Source of the DNA: Actinomycetes bacterium
GTDB lineage: Bacteria > Actinomycetota > Thermoleophilia > RBG-16-64-13
Reading direction: 5' to 3'
Assembly (NCBI GenBank): GCA_021372435.1
Contig: JAJFUK010000128.1
Span: 6,095 to 70,094, forward strand
DNA: 64,000 nt
The number at the start of each line of letters is the position of its first letter. Positions within the stretch are counted from its first letter, which is position 1. Below, piece after piece: positions 55,101-63,052 of the stretch. The notes under the pieces are model-generated. The model was given only the letters and a program-made list of their open reading frames with translations. It ran no database searches and was not told where the DNA came from. The translations under genes were made by a program, and so were the position numbers.

Positions 55101-55588
55101 TGGCTTCGCGCGTCGATGGACTGCCCCTCAACGAACAGGCGGGCGATCTGGCCGTAACATCCGGGTGGGGTCATGCCGGCCAGGGGGGCGTCACCATGCC
55201 GGGCAAAGGGAGAACGGTAACCAGACCTTGGACGCCTGAAGAGCGGACGGCCATCGAGCAGGGGTCTGAGGCCTTGGGCCTCAGCGCAAAAGAGGTATTC
55301 GCTCAACTGGGAGATACGGCCGTGGACGTCTACCTGAACGACGTCGCCTACTGGCGGGGTGTGCCCTCCGGGGTGTGGAGCTACACCATCGGTGGCTACC
55401 AGGTGGTGAAGAAGTGGCTGAGCTATCGGGAGAAGGCGCTCCTGGGCCGGGATCTCAAACGCGAGGAGATGCGCGAGGTCACCCACATGGCCCGGCGGAT
55501 CGCGACCCTTCTGCTGCTGCAGCCGGCGCTGGACGCCAACTACCGGGCGGTGAAGGAGAACGCGTGGGAGTGGAAGGCGCGGGATTGA
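52172..55588 (+). CDS. Single-chain Type IIG/IIL (MmeI-family-like) restriction-modification enzyme: N-terminal PD-ExK nuclease-like motif + gamma-class N6-adenine methyltransferase + C-terminal specificity region
   Basis: 1138 aa, TTG start. Nuclease-like GLPDGGLF...GAIEVKAPG (D...ExK, as in the MmeI FVDLF...IEMK block). MTase motif X GVWYTPPEIVEYM, motif I VLDPCCGTGAYL, motif IV ILGNPPYNGYAG. Conserved C-terminal helix YTIGGYQVVKKWLSYRE. Confidence 0.55.
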   Translation: MGILEKYLSGLRDIRLSGEGVSELSYYPVLRDLLEEVGGGLKPKVRCFMNLKNEGAGLPDGGLFTADQVRKGAPGGQKPARGAIEVKAPGTDAQAIAATPQVLGYLEAYRQVLVTNLRDFLLLGIDERGAPVILERYTLAPTEAEFWVLTEHPRRAEQEQGGRFLEFLKRVLLSGATLGSPQDLAWFLASYAREARFLVESAELPALDAVRKALEDTLGVKFEGAKGEHFFRSTLVQTLFYGLFASWVMWSREHEPGDEAPGAAARGEARFDWKTAAWTLQVPVIQALFTQIATPRLLGSLGLVTVLDRAAAALNRVDRRAFFARFEQHHAVQYFYEPFLEAFDPELRKELGVWYTPPEIVEYMVARVDTVLREELDVSDGLADPRVYVLDPCCGTGAYLVEVLERIAQTLDEKEADALAAGDVKKAALERVFGFEILPAPFVIAHMQLGLLLQNMHLPLAGNERVGVFLTNALTGWEAPHKHQQLSVLPELEAERDAAERVKQDLPILVILGNPPYNGYAGMAAAEERALTEAYRTTKKAPPPQGQGLNDLYVRFFRMAERRIVEKSRRGIVCFISNYSWLDGLSFTGMRERYLEVFDKIWIDNLNGDKYKTGKLTPDGRPDPSIFSTEHNREGIQVGTAVALLARKENHRPAQEVRVAQFWGVEKRKELARLAAAGTAAACEMVRPEMALGLPFMGGTVDEQYPRWPALPDLFPVSFPGVKTSRDELVVDIDRERLVARMQAYFDPDVSDEEMRRLAPVAMTDAAGFDARKTRAYLVRRGFLPENVVRYCYRPFDLRWLYWEPETKLLDRERAEYFAQVFEGNAWFSAGQRNRRETFYAPQFTRLLADHHLVESNVAMFPTLVRAGQALTLEQQREPNVRPNLSAEALSYLTGLDMDVLALTFHVLSVAHSPGYVAENLGALRQDWPRIPLPDCKDLLLASADLGRKVADLLDPETPVDGVTCGNLRSELRVIGVASRVDGLPLNEQAGDLAVTSGWGHAGQGGVTMPGKGRTVTRPWTPEERTAIEQGSEALGLSAKEVFAQLGDTAVDVYLNDVAYWRGVPSGVWSYTIGGYQVVKKWLSYREKALLGRDLKREEMREVTHMARRIATLLLLQPALDANYRAVKENAWEWKARD

Positions 55589-55788
55589 CGGGCGCCAGGG
55601 TCGCGTACACCCTCTACGCCTCCACGACGTCGCGGCCGCTTTCCTCGCTGGAGAGGGCCGCCGACAGACCGAGTCAAGGGGGGCTAGGATGAGCCCCTCG
55701 GCCGGGGCTAGATGGGCAACGTGGTGCCCCGCCTACTGGACTTGTGCGGACCGTACAATGGTCGCCGGAAGTAAGGAGAGAAGGTGCT

Positions 55789-56424
55789 ATGACGGCCAAC
55801 AGTGGACACGAAATCGTCTACGTCCTGACGAATGCCTCTATGCCGGGCCTGACGAAGATCGGCAAGACAACGCAAGCGGACATGGCTGGCAGAATGTCGC
55901 AGCTGTACACAGCCGGCGTGCCGGTGCCATTTGAGTGCGTATATGCGTGCGAAGTCAACGATTGCCGTGAGGTTGAAGAGGCGCTGCACACGGCGTTTGG
56001 CGGCACACGTGTGAATCCAAATCGCGAGTTCTTCAGGATTGAACCGGAGCGCGTGGTGGCCGTGCTGCGACTGCTCTCGGTCGGGGATGTCACTCCTCAG
56101 GTCGGCTGTGAGCTGTCGAAGGGATTGGACAGCTCGGATCGTCAGTCGATGAATGTGATGAAGCGGAATCGCCGCCCCAACATGAACTTTGGCGAAATGG
56201 GAATCTCACCCGGCTCCGAGTTGGTGTATGTCAATGATGGGGAAGTGAGGGTCAGCGTTGTGGACGAGCGCCGCGTGAACTACAACGGCACGATTGTCTA
56301 CCTGTCGGGGCTGACCGCGGATCTTCTCCACGTATCGTACCCACTGCAACCATCTCCCTACTGGACGTACGAGGGTAGGAATCTTAAGGGAATCTATGAG
56401 GAGACCTATGCGGATGTCGAGTGA
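55789..56424 (+). CDS. T5orf172 (GIY-YIG-like, MUG113) + DUF4357 domain protein
   Basis: EIVYVLTNASMPGLTKIGKTTQADMAGRMSQLYTAGVPVPFECVYACEV...REFFRI matches the T5orf172 consensus. Strong RBS AAGGAGAGAAGG. Confidence 0.7.
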   Translation: MTANSGHEIVYVLTNASMPGLTKIGKTTQADMAGRMSQLYTAGVPVPFECVYACEVNDCREVEEALHTAFGGTRVNPNREFFRIEPERVVAVLRLLSVGDVTPQVGCELSKGLDSSDRQSMNVMKRNRRPNMNFGEMGISPGSELVYVNDGEVRVSVVDERRVNYNGTIVYLSGLTADLLHVSYPLQPSPYWTYEGRNLKGIYEETYADVE

Positions 56425-56529
56425 CGGTGCTCCTAGCAAGCACCTCCAGCGGACGGTGTAAGGTAGGCCGAGTCCCGAGGCGCGGGCCACGCCGCTGATG
56501 GACAGATCGCTCACCGGAAGGGGAGACCA

Positions 56530-56739
56530 ATGGCCGGTAACCATCTCGAATCGCTTGTTGCCGAACGGTATGAGTTCAACGGCTACTTCGTTTGCCGCAA
56601 CGTACGGGTCGGAAGACGGCCGAAGGGCGGCTATGAGTGTGAGCTGGACGTGGTCGCGTTCAACCCGGAGAAGGGTGCACTCGTTCACATCGAGCCTTCA
56701 CTGGATGCTGACAACTGGCAGGAGCGCGAGCGGCGCTAA
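56530..56739 (+). pseudogene. Small protein with an acidic E-x-D...E motif but no lysine (nuclease assignment unsupported), copy 1 with internal ~190-bp deletion (truncated)
   Basis: MAGNHLESLVAERYEFNGYFVCRNVRVGRRPKGGYECELDVVAFNPEKGALVHIEPSLDADNWQERERR*. Copy 2 at 60.28 kb continues ~60 further codons from this point. Confidence 0.4.
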
Positions 56740-56824
56740 CGGAGCATCCGAAGCAGGGCCGGCAGGTTGATGATCGCGGCGCGCTGGGCATACCACCACG
56801 CTCGCGGCCAGAGGTCTCCGGGCT

Positions 56825-57715
56825 CTACGAAGACGGCTTTCTGCCGTGGGCGAGGCATACACAGCACTTGCAGCGTCTGGATCCTGTGTAGTGACGAACG
56901 CCAACCGACACGCCGTGTCGACGGTCGACGCACGGCTCCACGATATCCCACAACCTATGCTCGTCGTTCTCCAGGAGGCGACGCAACGCGAAGGAACAAA
57001 GATCCGCTATCTGGATCATGCTTGTGAGCCCGCTGTCGACGAACAGCGGGGTCTCGACTATGTGGGTGATCTTGCGATAGAGAGTTCCGTCGGCATGGAA
57101 CTTCCTTGCGAGCTTCGTCAACCTAGGCGCCGCGGTGGCGTTGTTGTCGTGCACGACGATCCCCGTGCTGTTCACCGCAGACAAGAAGACCTGGAATCTG
57201 GTCAGGACCTGCTCGAAGGCCATTTCGTAAGGCGTAGCTGGACCGGCGGGCTTGAAATCCGGCTTGCTGATGGCATCGGCGAAGATGCGCACATCAGACC
57301 AGCTCGCAAGCTCCCGTGCAAGGCTCTCGAGGCACTCAAGCCGTTCATCGCGTGTCAGGTGGAGATAGGGCCGGATCTGCCGACTCTCGCGGCGGTAGCT
57401 CTTGACCTTCTTCTGATCGGAGAGCACTCCAATGGTCCCCGCACGCTTGCGAACGGCGGCCTCCGCCGCGGAGCGGCGTGCGGCGGAATCCAACTCCTCA
57501 AAACCGGCGATCGACTCCTGTTCTGAATAGCGCCTGTGCATCCAACCGCTGTGGATCTCTGTGTCGCGCAGGCCATAGGCGCTCTTGATGCCGAGTAGCG
57601 CCGCGTCGAGGGACTTCCACTGGACAGCTGGGATAGCGAGTCCAAGCAAGACGAAGTGCGACGTGCCCGCCCCAAGGTCCTCGATGCCGGATTCGTCCAT
57701 GTAGAGGATGTGCAT
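56825..57715 (-). CDS. DUF3800 family protein
   Basis: Start MHILYMDESGIEDLGAGTSHFVLLGLAI (DUF3800 yxDESG...fvlagv signature). Confidence 0.65.
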   Translation of the reverse strand: MHILYMDESGIEDLGAGTSHFVLLGLAIPAVQWKSLDAALLGIKSAYGLRDTEIHSGWMHRRYSEQESIAGFEELDSAARRSAAEAAVRKRAGTIGVLSDQKKVKSYRRESRQIRPYLHLTRDERLECLESLARELASWSDVRIFADAISKPDFKPAGPATPYEMAFEQVLTRFQVFLSAVNSTGIVVHDNNATAAPRLTKLARKFHADGTLYRKITHIVETPLFVDSGLTSMIQIADLCSFALRRLLENDEHRLWDIVEPCVDRRHGVSVGVRHYTGSRRCKCCVCLAHGRKPSS

Positions 57716-57949
57716 GCCCCCTCCCCGTGCAAGAAAAAAGCGTCTAGAGCGGAACCCAAAGGTTCCGGCGGAGTCGCAACGCGTCTCCATCCCTAGTCGC
57801 TGTCTGCATTATCGTCACTTGAATCGAGATAGTCAAGTGGGATGGACGAAGCGTCAGGCAAGATCATACGAAAGTCGCAGCCTGGCGGGGCCCACCCGTG
57901 AGAGGCTGCTGCGAGACGAGATCCCGGCCGCCGGAGCGCACTGTGCGGC

Positions 57950-58171
57950 GTGGTACCACGGAGCTACACCATCGGCGGATATCAGGTGATGAAGAAGTGG
58001 CTGAGCTATCGGGAGAAGGCGCTCCTGGGGCGGGGCCTCAAGCGCGAGCAGATGCGCGAGGTCACGCATATGGCCCGTAGGATCACGCCGCTCCTGCTCC
58101 TGCAGCCGGCGCTGGACGCCAACTACCGGGCGGTGAAGGAGAACGCGTGGGAGTGGAAGCCGGAGGGTTGA
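57950..58171 (+). pseudogene. Orphan copy of the 3' end of the RM/methyltransferase gene (copy 2)
   Basis: Encodes SYTIGGYQVMKKWLSYREKALLGRGLKREQMREVTHMARRITPLLLLQPALDANYRAVKENAWEWK, ~90% nt identity to 55375-55585. No upstream gene body. Confidence 0.6.
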
Positions 58172-58358
58172 CGCTGCTAGGGTGACACACAGGCTGCATA
58201 TCTGCGACGCCACGACAGCTATCTTGGTTACCGCGAAAGCGGGAAATCGGTCACAAGGGGCTACACTGATGATTGACTTCGGTGATATATGGACAGGGCA
58301 GTGGTGGACTGTGGACCTGTGTGCGCTGCGTGGTTCGTGTTGGCAGGGCATCCGGTGA

Positions 58359-58784
58359 GTGGGGGCTGCGCCACAGTTTGTCTCGGTTGTGCCATCGGTG
58401 CTATCGGATTTCGAGAAGGCAATCGATGAGCTGAGCGGCCGGGAGTTCAGAAACGACGTTATCGGGACGGTGTCGATTCTTCCCAAGGACGAGCTTGCGG
58501 CAATGGCTGAGTCACTGGTCAATCTCACATCGGTGAAGCGCCCGGTTACCATGTCGCCCAAGTCCGTGGGCGGTCCAATCGATGTTGCGGTAACATCAGA
58601 GGGTAACGGCTTCGTGCGGATTAAGCGCAAGCATTACTTTGACCCTGAGTTGAATTCGCACTTCTTCACTCGGTATCGGTGGGGGGAACGATGGTACAGC
58701 GTGTTACTCCAGGCAATCCGGGATTCCGGTCCTCGAGGAGTTTCGCAAGCGCTGCTTTCCCAAGGCCGCGTCCCAGCCGCATGA
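58359..58784 (+). CDS. Hypothetical protein
   Basis: 141-aa ORF, no recognisable motif. Lies inside the accessory island. Confidence 0.3.
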   Translation: MGAAPQFVSVVPSVLSDFEKAIDELSGREFRNDVIGTVSILPKDELAAMAESLVNLTSVKRPVTMSPKSVGGPIDVAVTSEGNGFVRIKRKHYFDPELNSHFFTRYRWGERWYSVLLQAIRDSGPRGVSQALLSQGRVPAA

Positions 58785-58948
58785 AAAGCGAGACATATGC
58801 GCCGTGGCTGAACAACTGGCTGCGCAAAGCATCCGTTCGGTGCGCAAGCAGCTGGCTGCGCAGTAACGAACGCGCCATCCTGTGTGGAGGGTAGGCCCAG
58901 GGCTGCCGACCCGGGAATCAGCCAGGCCTTTGCGCCGCGCTCATCACG

Positions 58949-60163
58949 ATGACGAACGACCGCAGGGGAACCAGAGTCACCTTGGACACAGCACGGATAA
59001 CAGATGAACGACTCAGACACGCCCTGAACGGCGATCAGCCGAGCCGTGAACGGCTCTGCCTGGGAGTTCTTGCGCTCGACCGCAACTACTCGGACATTCG
59101 CCCACGACGTCCACAAGGTGGGCCCGACGGCTCACGTGACATCGAGTGTAAACGGCTGGACGAGAAATGTTTCGGCGCTGTGGGGTTCAAGAACGACGTA
59201 AGCGATTCGCCAGAAGACAAAAAGGATATCAAGAAGAAGTTCAAAGATGATGTTCGCGCAGCGCGTCGGGCGGACGACAGTGTGAAAGCGTTTGTTTTCT
59301 TCTGCAACGTCGATTTGACACCATCCGAGATAGCAGACCTCAAGAGATTCGCTGAAACGGAGGGCTTCACACACGTCGATGTCTACTGGCGTGAACGCTT
59401 GCGTCAGGCCCTAGATGGACCTGAGGGACTAGCGCTTCGATACCAGTACTTGGGCGTCAATCTTTCGGAAGCTGAGCAAGCGACCTTCTTTTCACGCTTT
59501 GGCAGAGATCTAGAAGACCTCGTTCGCGGCCGCTTCGATCGCATCGAGCAGAAGCTTGATGACATCGAATTCTCGCGCTGGAAGGCTGGGCATATTCGCT
59601 CTGTCGTACTTGAACTTCGCTTCAAGGAGTACAGAGAATCCAGATGCAAACATCCCGAGCACTTCCGCGCAGCGCTCGAATTGCAGGGCGTCGTCTACGA
59701 AAGGCGCAGCATGATTCTAGGCGGACGCGACGATTTCTGGTCGACAAATGACGGTGAATACTACTTCAGCACCAAGGCGTTCTTCTGGCGTGAGCAGGTG
59801 GGCAAGGTGAAGGATTCTTGGATCAAGTCGCATATACGAGTCGGCGGTGGCATCATCACCGGGATCACCCTAGCTGTGCGGTGGCTTCCTGTTTCACCAA
59901 TCCTTGCGTCCGAGTTTGATGGGCTTTCGATGCATCTTCACCTCACGGAGAACTTAGTTGACCAAATCAAGCACGTTCGATTCGCAGTCGACGACTACGT
60001 TCTTCTGGACTGGGACTTCTCTCCGGACGATCTCGAGTCACGCAGCCCCAGCCTTGGATGGCCGGATGAGTTGACAGAAGATGAAGAGAGGATTCGATGG
60101 GTTATGAAGGATCTGTGGTACGTGCCGTTTGATCGCACTCCCAAGAAGTTGTGCGATACATGA
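58949..60163 (+). CDS. Hypothetical protein in a locally low-GC segment; possible Mrr/PD-(D/E)xK-like motif
   Basis: 404-aa ORF, markedly more A+T than its surroundings. GGPDGSRDIECKRLDE resembles the DGGxD...(Q/E)CKR pattern of Mrr-type nuclease cores (weak). Confidence 0.4.
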   Translation: MTNDRRGTRVTLDTARITDERLRHALNGDQPSRERLCLGVLALDRNYSDIRPRRPQGGPDGSRDIECKRLDEKCFGAVGFKNDVSDSPEDKKDIKKKFKDDVRAARRADDSVKAFVFFCNVDLTPSEIADLKRFAETEGFTHVDVYWRERLRQALDGPEGLALRYQYLGVNLSEAEQATFFSRFGRDLEDLVRGRFDRIEQKLDDIEFSRWKAGHIRSVVLELRFKEYRESRCKHPEHFRAALELQGVVYERRSMILGGRDDFWSTNDGEYYFSTKAFFWREQVGKVKDSWIKSHIRVGGGIITGITLAVRWLPVSPILASEFDGLSMHLHLTENLVDQIKHVRFAVDDYVLLDWDFSPDDLESRSPSLGWPDELTEDEERIRWVMKDLWYVPFDRTPKKLCDT

Positions 60164-60279
60164 AGCCTCCGAAACTAATCCAGCAATTGCACAAGCCAGA
60201 GCGGCGAATCCTACGGAGACCGAAATCGACGTGTAATACACCCGCCTCGCTACGCTTGACTCTAAAGAGGAGGCCAACA

Positions 60280-60700
60280 ATGGCCGGTAACCATCTGGAA
60301 TCGCTTGTTGCCGAATGGTATGAGTTCAACGGCTACTTCGTTCGCCGCAACGTACGGGTCGGAAGACGGCCGAAGGGCGGCTATGAGTGTGAGCTGGACG
60401 TGGTCGCGTTCAACCCGGAGAAGGGTGAACTCGTTCACATCGAGCCTTCCTGGATGCTGACAACTGGCAGGAGCGCGAGCGGCGCTACGCAAAGAAGTTC
60501 GAGGCCGGTCGTGTGATGTTCATCCGGGAGTTCCTAGAGAACGTGAGACTTGGACTCATGCATCGCCGTGTCGGCAACGCGGCTGTCCCTGAGGAGTTCC
60601 CTCTGCTGAGGACGCTCCAGTTTGCCTGCGAGTCCTGGAACGTCACCGGCGCCGACCGGACATCCGAAGCAGGGCCGGCGTGTTGATGAATCTGACTCAC
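60280..60700 (+). pseudogene. Small protein with an acidic E-x-D...E motif but no lysine (nuclease assignment unsupported), copy 2 (full-length but with a 1-nt deletion frameshift after codon ~79)
   Basis: MAGNHLESLVAEWYEFNGYFVRRNVRVGRRPKGGYECELDVVAFNPEKGELVHIEPS then cactgg->cctgg frameshift. The corrected frame continues LDADNWQERERRYAKKFEAGRVMFIREFLENVRLGLMHRRVGNAAVPEEFPLLRTLQ... Strong RBS AAAGAGGAGG. Confidence 0.4.
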
Positions 60701-60892
60701 TGCGAGTACCACCGCACAGGCAGCGGGAAACCTCCGGACAGAGGTTTGCGGGTCTGAGCTTCAGCAGGTAGCTGGACCCACAGCGGCATTGTGTCGGCCG
60801 GTTGCGCTTCTTGCACGGTGGCGTTATCATGGGATAACAAAACGTCGGGAGGGCGATTGACTGCACGGCACCAGGTCATCCTGTTTCTCATC

Positions 60893-61210
60893 ATGATGAA
60901 GAACGCCGCCGCCAATCAGTTTGTTCTCACGCACCGCAGGAAGAACCTGGCGACGTTGGCGACTCTCGGCCTCGACCTGGGGGACGCCAAGGAACGGGTT
61001 ATGGGCTTGACGCCGGAGGACTACGTCGAAGGTCCCGACCCAGATGACAAGCGGCCGGGCGACGAAGTGTGGGTGTTTGGCTTGGAGATTGGAGGGCAGG
61101 AGGTCTATGTGAAGGTATGTGTGCTGAGCGAGCCGCTGCTCTGTACCTGCATTTCTTTCCACTTGGCCGACAGACCCTTGAAGTATCCGTTGCGTGCACG
61201 GGCAAGATAG
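60893..61210 (+). CDS. MqsR-like type II toxin (mRNA interferase family)
   Basis: NLATLATLGLDLGDAKERVMGLTPEDY...DEVWVFGLEIGGQEVYVKVCV aligns with E. coli MqsR ...LLNADELGLDFDGMCNVIIGLSESDFY...WQDVYRP...GQVYLKITV. Start taken at MMKNAA. Confidence 0.55.
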   Translation: MMKNAAANQFVLTHRRKNLATLATLGLDLGDAKERVMGLTPEDYVEGPDPDDKRPGDEVWVFGLEIGGQEVYVKVCVLSEPLLCTCISFHLADRPLKYPLRARAR

Positions 61211-61219
61211 GGGGACACC

Positions 61220-62233
61220 ATGGAAACGACTCTCTGTGCTGCTTGTCGGAAGGCGGTTCTACCGGTGGTCGAATCGCGGACGGAAGCATATCCGGTGCGA
61301 GGAGAGACCATCGAAGTCGAGGCGCAGGTGGCAGTCTGCCCGGAGTGTGGGGAGGATATGTCGGTCGAGGAACTGGATCGAGTCACGCTTCACAGGGCGT
61401 TTGCCGAGTATCGCCGCCGTCACGACCTTTGTTCTCCCGAGACGATCCGAGAGATCAGAGAAAAGTATGGTCTGAGCCAGCGGGCCTTTTCGCTGATACT
61501 GGGCTGGGGTGAGATCACGGTGCACCGGTACGAAGCGGGTTCCATCCAGGACGCGGCCCACGATGCGCAACTTCGCATGGCCGCCGATCCTCGTAATATG
61601 GCCCTTCTCCTTGCCGCGAACGGCAGTAGGCTGACACCACGTCAAAGAGCGCAACTTGAGAATGCGCTATCAGGTGGACGTGAGGAGGCAACTGCCGCCC
61701 ACGACGAGTACGAGCGGCTGTTCGGAGATCGGGGCTCAGCCGATGAATACAGCGGCTATCGCTTTTTCGATTTCGCAAAGTTCTCGGAGATGGTGGTCTA
61801 CTTTGCCGGTCTCCCTCGCATGTTTCGTACGAAGCTGAACAAGCTGCTGTTCTACGCGGACTTCTTGAGCTTCAAGTACTCGACCGTGTCCATGTCCGGC
61901 GCACGCTACCTGGCATTCGAGCGCGGGCCCGTGCCGCAGCATTATGACTGGATAGCGGAGGCGCTGGAGGAGAGAGGAGACATCCGCACGCTGGAATGGA
62001 CCGACGGTCACAAGTCGGGGGATGTCTTCCAGTCGACAAGGGCCGCCGACACCTCGGTCTTTACCGAGTTTGAGCTTCGTATTCTCGAGTTCGTTGGCAG
62101 TCGCTTTGCCCGGATGACGTCTAAAGAGCTTGTTGATCTTTCGCATGCCGAGAAGGCGTATTCCGAGACCGCACCCAAGCGCATGATCTCCTATCACTGG
62201 GCCGGCGAACTCTCCGTCTCACTTGAGGGCTGA
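61220..62233 (+). CDS. MqsA-like antitoxin (zinc-ribbon + XRE HTH) fused to a C-terminal Panacea (DUF4065/SocA-like) domain
   Basis: CAACRK...CPECG zinc ribbon. HTH IREIREKYGLSQRAFSLILGWGEITVHRYEAG. C-terminal FAKFSEMVVYFAGLPRMFRTKLNKLLFYADFLSFKY...GARYLAFERGPVP matches the Panacea domain. Confidence 0.6.
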   Translation: METTLCAACRKAVLPVVESRTEAYPVRGETIEVEAQVAVCPECGEDMSVEELDRVTLHRAFAEYRRRHDLCSPETIREIREKYGLSQRAFSLILGWGEITVHRYEAGSIQDAAHDAQLRMAADPRNMALLLAANGSRLTPRQRAQLENALSGGREEATAAHDEYERLFGDRGSADEYSGYRFFDFAKFSEMVVYFAGLPRMFRTKLNKLLFYADFLSFKYSTVSMSGARYLAFERGPVPQHYDWIAEALEERGDIRTLEWTDGHKSGDVFQSTRAADTSVFTEFELRILEFVGSRFARMTSKELVDLSHAEKAYSETAPKRMISYHWAGELSVSLEG

Positions 62234-62467
62234 GGGGCTCCGGCGGTTCACTCGTAGCCACGCCACACAAGCGCCGCGTCGCGGCTTCCATCGGGTCCGG
62301 CTTCGTCTGCCCCGAGTCTTCACAGCCAATGTGATCATCGAGCAAGAGATCCGGGGAACTCTGCGCTGTCACCCCCCCTGCGCTGATGCTGGAGCAGTCG
62401 AGACGACCAGGATCGTAGCGAGGCGGAACTCGTTGCTCCGTGTCGACGGTACAGGTGGACGGCAATC

Positions 62468-62971
62468 ATGGACGACGAGGTGGGTCGTGCTTCCATCGAG
62501 CGAGAACGAAGGCGCGCCGCCCTCTCGGCGGGGGAGTCCCACGGGCCGATGTTCATGAAGTGCATCGACCATTTCATCTGGATCGGTACGAGTGACTACT
62601 ACCGACTCCTGCGCGCCGTTACCGAGAAGGAAGAGTGGGAGCCGTGGATACTGTATATGCTCACCGCAGTGGAAGAGACTGCCCTGTTCACTAGGGGGCG
62701 CATCGTAGCGATCCGAGATCTCATGGAGCAGACGGCGCTCAGGGCAAAGCAGCTGCTGCCGCCGAGGGTCTATTCGAAAGACCTGATCGAACTGCTCTTC
62801 TACCAGCCGTACACTAAGGTGCAGTTCCTCGTCGACGCCGGAATCGCGAAGCGCCAGGCGGCGTCCTCGTACTTGAAGGAGCTGGAGCAGATCGGCGTCT
62901 TGACCTCCCACAAGCTCGGCAGGGAGAATCTCTACCTCAACGTTGCCCTGGTCGAGCTCCTACGGAGATGA
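62468..62971 (+). pseudogene. Fic-family protein remnant (C-terminal winged-helix part only; catalytic HPFx(D/E)GNGR motif degraded upstream)
   Basis: ...LLFYQPYTKVQFLVDAGIAKRQAASSYLKELEQIGVLTSHKLGRENLYLN is the typical Fic C-terminal wHTH. Upstream frame reads HPPCADAGAVETTR in place of the Fic motif. Confidence 0.45.
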
Positions 62972-63052
62972 CATGTCGATGATGTCGACACATCACAATA
63001 ACGTGTCGATGAATCGGCGTTGCATCGACACGTTGCGCTCATGGATGTCACC

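Noticed and set aside
62223-62467. Fic catalytic motif HPFx(D/E)GNGR upstream of the Fic C-terminal fragment
   Set aside because: The best candidate reads HPPCADAGAVETTR and lacks the invariant motif residues. It was concluded that the gene is a remnant, not an active Fic
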